Below are positions 53,854-64,000 of a stretch of 64,000 bases of DNA, one piece after another. Every line of letters starts with the position of its first letter. Positions within the stretch are counted from its first letter, which is position 1. The stretch is from Auanema rhodensis. Its lineage: Eukaryota; Animalia; Nematoda. Location: positions 20,956,001-21,020,000 of the forward strand of contig OZ059898.1 of the NCBI GenBank assembly GCA_964057225.1. The letters run 5' to 3'. The notes below the pieces were generated by a model. The model had not been told where the DNA came from. It worked only from the letters and a program-made list of their open reading frames with translations, and made no database searches. The position numbers and the translations under genes are program-made.

Positions 53854-56800
53854 TTATGCTAATTAAATGTACACGTGATGTGCACTTGGTATGTAACTCG
53901 CTTCACGTGAAAGATAAAGAGATGCGGTTTTCAAAATTAGATTCCCCATGTCCATATTAGTCTAAAAACAAATTTTTATTGATATTGCTTCATGGTAACC
54001 ATGACTTTGAAATTTACGTGAACTTTAATTTATGCTAATTAAATGTACACGTGATGTGCACTTGGTATGTAACTCGCTTCACGTGAAAGATAAAGAGATG
54101 CGGTTTTCAAAATTAGATTCCCCATGTCCATATTAGTCTAAAAACAAATTTTTATTTTTATTGGTGCATGGTAACCATGACTTTGAAATTTACGTGAACT
54201 TTAATTTATGCTAATTAAATGTACACGTGATGTGCACTTGGTATGTAACTCGCTTCACGTGAAAGATAAAGAGATGCGGTTTTCAAAATTAGATTCCCCA
54301 TGTCCATATTAGTCTAAAAACAAATTTTTATTGATATTGGTGCATGGTAACCATGACTTTGAAATTTACGTGAACTTTAATTTATGCTAATTAAATGTAC
54401 ACGTGATGTGCACTTGGTATGTAACTCGCTTCACGTGAAAGATAAAGAGATGCGGTTTTCAAAATTAGATTCCCCATGTCCATCTTAGTCTAAAAACAAA
54501 TTTTTATTGATATTGGTGCATGGTAACCATGACTTTGAAATTTACGTGAACTTTAATTTATGCTAATTAAATGTATACGTGATGTGCACTTGGTATGTAA
54601 CTCGCTTCACGTGAAAGATAAAGAGATGCGGTTTTCAAAATTAGATTCCCCATGTCCATATTAGTCTAAAAACAAATTTTTATTGATATTGGTGCATGGT
54701 AACCATGACTTTGAAATTTACGTGAACTTTAATTTATGCTAATTAAATGTACACGTGATGTGCACTTGGTATGTAACTCGCTTCACGTGAAAGATAAAGA
54801 GATGCGGTTTTTAAAATTAGATTCCCCATGTCCATATTAGTCTAAAAACAAATTTTTATTGATATTGGTTCATGGTAACCATGACTTTGAAATTTACGTG
54901 AACTTTAATTTATGCTAATTAAATGTATACGTGATGTGCACTTGGTATGTAACTCGCTTCACGTGAAAGATAAAGAGATGCGGTTTTCAAAATTAGATTC
55001 CCCTTGTCCATATTAGTCTAAAAACAAATTTTTATTGAGATTGGTTCATGGTAACCATGACTTTGAATTTTACGTGAACTTTAATTTATGCTAATTAAAT
55101 GTACACGTGATGTGCACTTGGTATGTAACTCGCTTCACGTGAAAGATAAAGAGATGCGGTTTTCAAAATTAGATTCCCCATGTCCATATTAGTCTAAAAA
55201 CAAATTTTTATTGATATTGGTTCATGGTAACCATGACTTTGAAATTTACGTGAACTTTAATTTATGCTAATTAAATGTACACGTGATGTGCACTTGGTAT
55301 GTAACTCGCTTCACGTGAAAGATAAAGAGATGCGGTTTTCAAAATTAGATTCCCCATGTCCATATTAGTTTAAAAACAAATTTTTATTGATATTGGTGCA
55401 TGGTAACCATGACTTTGAAATTTACGTGAACTTTAATTTATGCTAATTAAATGTACACGTGATGTGCACTTGGTATGTAACTCGCTTCACGTGAAAGATA
55501 AAAAGATGCGGTTTTCAAAATTAGATTCCCCATGTCCATATTAGTCTAAAAACAAATTTTTATTGATATTGGTGCATGGTAACCATGACTTTGAAATTTA
55601 CGTGAACTTTAATTTATGCTAATTAAATGTACACGTGATGTGCACTTGGTATGTAACTCGCTTTACGTGTAAGATGAAGAGATGCGGTTTTCAAAATTAG
55701 ATTCCCCATGTCCATATTAGTCTAAAAACAAATTTTTATTGATATTGGTTCATGGTAACCATGACTTTGAAATTTACGTGAACTTTAATTTATGCTAATT
55801 AAATGTACACGTGATGTGCACTTGGTATGTAACTCGCTTCACGTGAAAGATAAAGAGATGCGGTTTTCAAAATTAGATTCCCCATGTCCATATTAGTCTA
55901 AAAACAAATTTTTATTGATATTGCTTCATGGTAACCATGACTTTGAAATTTACGTGAACTTTAATTTATGCTAATTAAATGTACACGTGATGTGCACTTG
56001 GTATGTAACTCGCTTCACGTGAAAGATAAAGAGATGCGGTTTTCAAAATTAGATTCCCCATGTCCATATTAGTCTAAAAACAAATTTTTATTGATATTGG
56101 TGCATGGTAACCATGACTTTGAAATTTACGTGAACTTTAATTTATGCTAATTAAATGTACACGTGATGTGCACTTGGTATGTAACTCGCTTCACGTGAAA
56201 GATAAAGAGATGCGGTTTTCAAAATTAGATTCCCCATGTCCATATTAGTCTAAAAACAAATTTTTATTGATATTGGTGCATGGTAACCATGACTTTGAAA
56301 TTTACGTGAACTTTAATTTATGCTAATTAAATGTACACGTGATGTGCACTTGGTATGTAACTCGCTTCACGTGAAAGATAAAGAGATGCGGTTTTCAAAA
56401 TTAGATTCCCCATGTCCATCTTAGTCTAAAAACAAATTTTTATTGATATTGGTGCATGGTAACCATGACTTTGAAATTTACGTGAACTTTAATTTATGCT
56501 AATTAAATGTATACGTGATGTGCACTTGGTATGTAACTCGCTTCACGTGAAAGATAAAGAGATGCGGTTTTCAAAATTAGATTCCCCATGTCCATATTAG
56601 TCTAAAAACAAATTTTTATTGATATTGGTGCATGGTAACCATGACTTTGAAATTTACGTGAACTTTAATTTATGCTAATTAAATGTACACGTGATGTGCA
56701 CTTGGTATGTAACTCGCTTCACGTGAAAGATAAAGAGATGCGGTTTTTAAAATTAGATTCCCCATGTCCATATTAGTCTAAAAACAAATTTTTATTGATA

Positions 56801-57725
56801 TTGGTTCATGGTAACCATGACTTTGAAATTTACGTGAACTTTAATTTATGCTAATTAAATGTATACGTGATGTGCACTTGGTATGTAACTCGCTTCACGT
56901 GAAAGATAAAGAGATGCGGTTTTCAAAATTAGATTCCCCTTGTCCATATTAGTCTAAAAACAAATTTTTATTGAGATTGGTTCATGGTAACCATGACTTT
57001 GAATTTTACGTGAACTTTAATTTATGCTAATTAAATGTACACGTGATGTGCACTTGGTATGTAACTCGCTTCACGTGAAAGATAAAGAGATGCGGTTTTC
57101 AAAATTAGATTCCCCATGTCCATATTAGTCTAAAAACAAATTTTTATTGATATTGGTTCATGGTAACCATGACTTTGAAATTTACGTGAACTTTAATTTA
57201 TGCTAATTAAATGTACACGTGATGTGCACTTGGTATGTAACTCGCTTCACGTGAAAGATAAAGAGATGCGGTTTTCAAAATTAGATTCCCCATGTCCATA
57301 TTAGTTTAAAAACAAATTTTTATTGATATTGGTGCATGGTAACCATGACTTTGAAATTTACGTGAACTTTAATTTATGCTAATTAAATGTACACGTGATG
57401 TGCACTTGGTATGTAACTCGCTTCACGTGGAAGATAAAAAGATGCGGTTTTCAAAATTAGATTCCCCATGTCCATATTAGTCTAAAAACAAATTTTTATT
57501 GATATTGGTGCATGGTAACCATGACTTTGAAATTTACGTGAACTTTAATTTATGCTAATTAAATGTACACGTGATGTGCACTTGGTATGTAACTCGCTTC
57601 ACGTGTAAGATGAAGAGATGCGGTTTTCAAAATTAGATTCCCCATGTCCATATTAGTCTAAAAACAAATTTTTATTGATATTGGTTCATGGTAACCATGA
57701 CTTTGAAATTTACGTGAACTTTAAT
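53854..57725 (+). repeat. Tandem 11-monomer (1936-bp) higher-order duplication
   Basis: g135c, a103c (54484/56420), c79t and the c19t+a95t+t130g+a159t monomer repeat at a 1936-bp offset. Confidence 0.9.
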
Positions 57726-60700
57726 TTATGCTAATTAAATGTACACGTGATGTGCACTTGGTATGTAACTCGCTTCACGTGAAAGATAAAGAGATGCGGT
57801 TTTCAAAATTAGATTCCCCATGTCCATATTAGTCTAAAAACAAATTTTTATTGATATTGGTTCATGGTAACCATGACTTTGAAATTTACGTGAACTTTAA
57901 TTTATGCTAATTAAATGTACACGTGATGTGCACTTGGTATGTAACTCGCTTCACGTGAAAGATAAAGAGATGCGGTTTTCAAAATTAGATTCCCCATGTC
58001 CATATTAGTCTAAAAACAAATTTTTATTGATATTGGTGCATGGTAACCATGACTTTGAAATTTACGTGAACTTTAATTTATGCTAATTAAATGTATACGT
58101 GATGTGCACTTGGTATGTAACTCGCTTCACGTGAAAGATAAAGAGATGCGGTTTTCAAAATTAGATTCCCCATGTCCATATTAGTCTAAAAACAAATTTT
58201 TATTGATATTGGTTCATGGTAACCATGACTTTGAAATTTACGTGAACTTTAATTTATGCTAATTAAATGTACACGTGATGTGCACTTGGTATGTAACTCG
58301 CTTCACGTGAAAGATGAAGAGATGCGGTTTACAAAATTAGATTCCCCATGTCCATATTAGTCTAAAAACAAATTTTTATTGATATTGGTTCATGGTAACC
58401 ATGACTTTGAAATTTACGTGAACTTTAATTTATGCTAATTAAATGTACACGTGATGTGCACTTGGTATGTAACTCGCTTCACGTGAAAGATAAAGAGATG
58501 CGGTTTTCAAAATTAGATTCCCCATGTCCATATTAGTTTAAAAACAAATTTTTATTGATATTGGTGCATGGTAACCATGACTTTGAAATTTACGTGAACT
58601 TTAATTTATGCTAATTAAATGTACACGTGATGTGCACTTGGTATGTAACTCGCTTCACGTGAAAGATAAAAAGATGCGGTTTTCAAAATTAGATTCCCCA
58701 TGTCCATATTAGTCTAAAAACAAATTTTTATTGATATTGGTGCATGGTAACCATGACTTTGAAATTTACGTGAACTTTAATTTATGCTAATTAAATGTAC
58801 ACGTGATGTGCACTTGGTATGTAACTCGCTTCACGTGTAAGATAAAGAGATGCGGTTTTCAAAATTAGATTCCCCATGTCCATATTAGTTTAAAAACAAA
58901 TTTTTATTGATATTGGTGCATGGTAACCATGACTTTGAAATTTACGTGAACTTTAATTTATGCTAATTAAATGTACACGTGATGTGCACTTGGTATGTAA
59001 CTCGCTTCACGTGAAAGATAAAAAGATGCGGTTTTCAAAATTAGATTCCCCATGTCCATATTAGTCTAAAAACAAATTTTTATTGATATTGGTGCATGGT
59101 AACCATGACTTTGAAATTTACGTGAACTTTAATTTATGCTAATTAAATGTACACGTGATGTGCACTTGGTATGTAACTCGCTTCACGTGTAAGATGAAGA
59201 GATGCGGTTTTCAAAATTAGATTCCCCATGTCCATATTAGTCTAAAAACAAATTTTTATTGATATTGGTTCATGGTAACCATGACTTTGAAATTTACGTG
59301 AACTTTAATTTATGCTAATTAAATGTACACGTGATGTGCACTTGGTATGTAACTCGCTTCACGTGAAAGATAAAGAGATGCGGTTTTCAAAATTAGATTC
59401 CCCATGTCCATATTAGTCTAAAAACAAATTTTTATTGATATTGGTTCATGGTAACCATGACTTTGAAATTTACGTGAACTTTAATTTATGCTAATTAAAT
59501 GTATACGTGATGTGCACTTGGTATGTAACTCGCTTCACGTGAAAGATAAAGAGATGCGGTTTTCAAAATTAGATTCCCCATGTCCATATTAGTCTAAAAA
59601 CAAATTTTTATTGATATTGGTTCATGGTAACCATGACTTTGAAATTTACGTGAACTTTAATTTATGCTAATTAAATGTACACGTGATGTGCACTTGGTAT
59701 GTAACTCGCTTCACGTGAAAGATAAAGAGATGCGGTTTTCAAAATTAGATTCCCCATGTCCATATTAGTCTAAAAACAAATTTTTATTGATATTGGTGCA
59801 TGGTAACCATGACTTTGAAATTTACGTGAACTTTAATTTATGCTAATTAAATGTATACGTGATGTGCACTTGGTATGTAACTCGCTTCACGTGAAAGATA
59901 AAGAGATGCGGTTTTCAAAATTAGATTCCCCATGTCCATATTAGTCTAAAAACAAATTTTTATTGATATTGGTTCATGGTAACCATGACTTTGAAATTTA
60001 CGTGAACTTTAATTTATGCTAATTAAATGTACACGTGATGTGCACTTGGTATGTAACTCGCTTCACGTGAAAGATAAAGAGATGCGGTTTTCAAAATTAG
60101 ATTCCCCATGTCCATATTAGTCTAAAAACAAATTTTTATTGATATTGGTGCATGGTAACCATGACTTTGAAATTTACGTGAACTTTAATTTATGCTAATT
60201 AAATGTACACGTGATGTGCACTTGGTATGTAACTCGCTTCAGGTGAAAGATAAAGAGATGCGGTTTTCAAAATTAGATTCCCCATGTCCATATTAGTTTA
60301 AAAACAAATTTTTATTGATATTGGTGCATGGTAACCATGACTTTGAAATTTACGTGAACTTTAATTTATGCTAATTAAATGTACACGTGATGTGCACTTG
60401 GTATGTAACTCGTTTCACGTGAAAGATAAAAAGATGCGGTTTTCAAAATTAGATTCCCCATGTCCATATTAGTCTAAAAACAAATTTTTATTGATATTGG
60501 TGCATGGTAACCATGACTTTGAAATTTACGTGAACTTTAATTTATGCTAATTAAATGTACACGTGATGTGCACTTGGTATGTAACTCGCTTCACGTGTAA
60601 GATGAAGAGATGCGGTTTTCAAAATTAGATTCCCCATGTCCATATTAGTCTAAAAACAAATTTTTATTGATATTGGTTCATGGTAACCATGACTTTGAAA

Positions 60701-63700
60701 TTTACGTGAACTTTAATTTATGCTAATTAAATGTACACGTGATGTGCACTTGGTATGTAACTCGCTTCACGTGAAAGTAAAAGAGATGCGGTTTTCAAAA
60801 TTAGATTCCCCATGTCCATATTAGTCTAAAAACAAATTTTTATTGATATTGGTTCATGGTAACCATGACTTTGAAATTTACGTGAACTTTAATTTATGCT
60901 AATTAAATGTACACGTGATGTGCACTTGGTATGTAACTCGCTTCACGTGAAAGATAAAGAGATGCGGTTTTCAAAATTAGATTCCCCATGTCCATATTAG
61001 TCTAAAAACAAATTTTTATTGATATTGGTTCATGGTAACCATGACTTTGAAATTTACGTGAACTTTAATTTATGCTAATTAAATGTACACGTGATGTGCA
61101 CTTGGTATGTAACTCGCTTCACGTGAAAGATAAAGAGATGCGGTTTTCAAAATTAGATTCCCCATGTCCATATTAGTTTAAAAACAAATTTTTATTGATA
61201 TTGGTGCATGGTAACCATGACTTTGAAATTTACGTGAACTTTAATTTATGCTAATTAAATGTACACGTGATGTGCACTTGGTATGTAACTCGCTTCACGT
61301 GAAAGATAAAAAGATGCGGTTTTCAAAATTAGATTCACCATGTCCATATTAGTCTAAAAACAAATTTTTATTGATATTGGTGCATGGTAACCATGACTTT
61401 GAAATTTACGTGAACTTTAATTTATGCTAATTAAATGTACACGTGATGTGCACTTGGTATGTAACTCGCTTCACGTGTAAGATGAAGAGATGCGGTTTTC
61501 AAAATTAGATTCCCCATGTCCATATTAGTCTAAAAACAAATTTTTATTGATATTGGTTCATGGTAACCATGACTTTGAAATTTACGTGAACTTTAATTTA
61601 TGCTAATTAAATGTACACGTGATGTGCACTTGGTATGTAACTCGCTTCACGTGAAAGATAAAGAGATGCGGTTTTCAAAATTAGATTCCCCATGTCCATA
61701 TTAGTCTAAAAACAAATTTTTATTGATATTGGTTCATGGTAACCATGACTTTGAAATTTACGTGAACTTTAATTTATGCTAATTAAATGTACACGTGATG
61801 TGCACTTGGTATGTAACTCGCTTCACGTGAAAGATAAAGAGATGCGGTTTTCAAAATTAGATTCCCCATGTCCATATTAGTCTAAAAACAAATTTTTTTT
61901 GATATTGGTGCATGGTAACCATGACTTTGAAATTTACGTGAACTTTAATTTATGCTAATTAAATGTACACGTGATGTGCACTTGGTATGTAACTCGCTTC
62001 ACGTGAAAGATGAAGAGATGCGGTTTTCAAAATTAGATTCCCCATGTCCATATTAGTCTAAAAACAAATTTTTATTGATATTGGTGCATGGTAACCATGA
62101 CTTTGAAATTTACGTGAACTTTAATTTATGCTAATTAAATGTACACGTGATGTGCACTTGGTATGTAACTCGCTTCACGTGAAAGTAAAAGAGATGCGGT
62201 TTTCAAAATTAGATTCCCCATGTCCATATTAGTCTAAAAACAAATTTTTATTGATATTGGTGCATGGTAACCATGACTTTGAAATTTACGTGAACTTTAA
62301 TTTATGCTAATTAAATGTACACGTGATGTGCACTTGGTATGTAACTCGCTTCACGTGAAAGATAAAGAGATGCGGTTTTCAAAATTAGATTCCCCATGTC
62401 CATATTAGTCTAAAAACAAATTTTTATTGATATTGGTTCATGGTAACCATGACTTTGAAATTTACGTGAACTTTAATTTATGCTAATTAAATGTATACGT
62501 GATGTGCACTTGGTATGTAACTCGCTTCACGTGAAAGATAAAGAGATGCGGTTTTCAAAATTAGATTCCCCATGTCCATATTAGTCTAAAAACAAATTTT
62601 TATTGATATTGGTTCATGGTAACCATGACTTTGAAATTTACGTGAACTTTAATTTATGCTAATTAAATGTACACGTGATGTGCACTTGGTATGTAACTCG
62701 CTTCACGTGAAAGATAAAGAGATGCGGTTTTCAAAATTAGATTCCCCATGTCCATATTAGTCTAAAAACAAATTTTTATTGATATTGGTTCATGGTAACC
62801 ATGACTTTGAAATTTACGTGAACTTTAATTTATGCTAATTAAATGTACACGTGATGTGCACTTGGTATGTAACTCGCTTCACGTGAAAGATAAAGAGATG
62901 CGGTTTTCAAAATTAGATTCCCCATGTCCATATTAGTTTAAAAACAAATTTTTATTGATATTGGTGCATGGTAACCATGACTTTGAAATTTACGTGAACT
63001 TTAATTTATGCTAATTAAATGTACACGTGATGTGCACTTGGTATGTAACTCGCTTCACGTGAAAGATAAAAAGATGCGGTTTTCAAAATTAGATTCCCCA
63101 TGTCCATATTAGTCTAAAAACAAATTTTTATTGATATTGGTGCATGGTAACCATGACTTTGAAATTTACGTGAACTTTAATTTATGCTAATTAAATGTAC
63201 ACGTGATGTGCACTTGGTATGTAACTCGCTTCACGTGTAAGATGAAGAGATGCGGTTTTCAAAATTAGATTCCCCATGTCCATATTAGTCTAAAAACAAA
63301 TTTTTATTGATATTGGTTCATGGTAACCATGACTTTGAAATTTACGTGAACTTTAATTTATGCTAATTAAATGTACACGTGATGTGCACTTGGTATGTAA
63401 CTCGCTTCACGTGAAAGATAAAGAGATGCGGTTTTCAAAATTAGATTCCCCATGTCCATATTAGTCTAAAAACAAATTTTTATTGATATTGGTTCATGGT
63501 AACCATGACTTTGAAATTTACGTGAACTTTAATTTATGCTAATTAAATGTACACGTGATGTGCACTTGATATGTAACTCGCTTCACGTGAAAGATGAAGA
63601 GATGCGGTTTTCAAAATTAGATTCCCCATGTCCATATTAGTCTAAAAACAAATTTTTATTGATATTGGTGCATGGTAACCATGACTTTGAAATTTACGTG

Positions 63701-64000
63701 AACTTTAATTTATGCTAATTAAATGTACACGTGATGTGCACTTGGTATGTAACTCGCTTCACGTGAAAGTAAAAGAGATGCGGTTTTCAAAATTAGATTC
63801 CCCATGTCCATATTAGTCTAAAAACAAATTTTTATTGATATTGGTGCATGGTAACCATGACTTTGAAATTTACGTGAACTTTAATTTATGCTAATTAAAT
63901 GTACACGTGATGTGCACTTGGTATGTAACTCGCTTCACGTGAAAGATAAAGAGATGCGGTTTTGAAAATTAGATTCCCCATGTCCATATTAGTCTAAAAA

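Larger units (their letters stand above)
1..64000 (+). repeat. 176-bp tandem satellite DNA array (~363.7 monomers, single orientation); candidate (peri)centromeric satellite
   Basis: ttatgctaat recurs at 1, 177, 353 ... 2641 (15x176+1). The register holds to the end apart from three 1-bp deletions (~34538, ~37177, ~38760), and the last monomer starts at 63886. Monomers are about 96-100% identical to the consensus. The centromeric role is inferred only from monomer length and homogeneity. Confidence 0.99.

Noticed and set aside
1-64000. CRISPR array or other repeat-spacer system
   Set aside because: There are no unique spacers and no cas genes; the entire 176-bp unit is repeated.
1-64000. Variant pattern as encoded information (e.g. 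a binary code at position 137)
   Set aside because: The patterns are adequately explained by nested block duplication and conversion; nothing in the sequence suggests a reading mechanism.
1-64000. Hidden insertion, inversion or transposon within the array
   Set aside because: The monomer register is fully accounted for from base 1 to 64000 by three 1-bp deletions, and no reverse-orientation or foreign sequence was seen.

Overview
The whole 64 kb window is one uninterrupted, head-to-tail, single-orientation tandem array of a 176-bp AT-rich satellite monomer (about 32% GC): 363 complete monomers plus a 115-bp partial one. Consensus: ttatgctaattaaatgtacacgtgatgtgcacttggtatgtaactcgcttcacgtgaaagataaagagatgcggttttcaaaattagattccccatgtccatattagtctaaaaacaaatttttattgatattggt[t/g]catggtaaccatgactttgaaatttacgtgaactttaat. 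Most monomers differ from it by 0-3 substitutions, and the only indels are three copies of one 1-bp deletion. I see no genes, RNA genes, transposon insertions or CRISPR array; the one predicted ORF is a chance stop-codon loss in one monomer. Nucleosome-scale length and very high homogeneity fit a eukaryotic (peri)centromeric satellite, but this is inference and I cannot name the family or organism. The most interesting structure: (i) the monomer looks like a degenerate palindrome with two dyad axes 88 bp apart; (ii) a segment at monomer positions 143-169 is nearly invariant while the rest is freely variable; (iii) three ACGTGA (E-box-like) cores are spaced 32-33 bp apart; (iv) the array records its own history, with a distinct left subfamily, local higher-order duplications of 4, 5, 9, 11, 13 and 15 monomers, and recurring multi-monomer cassettes. 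Notation: Mn = monomer number from the window start; variants are given as monomer position (e.g. c109t). All variant calls were made by eye.
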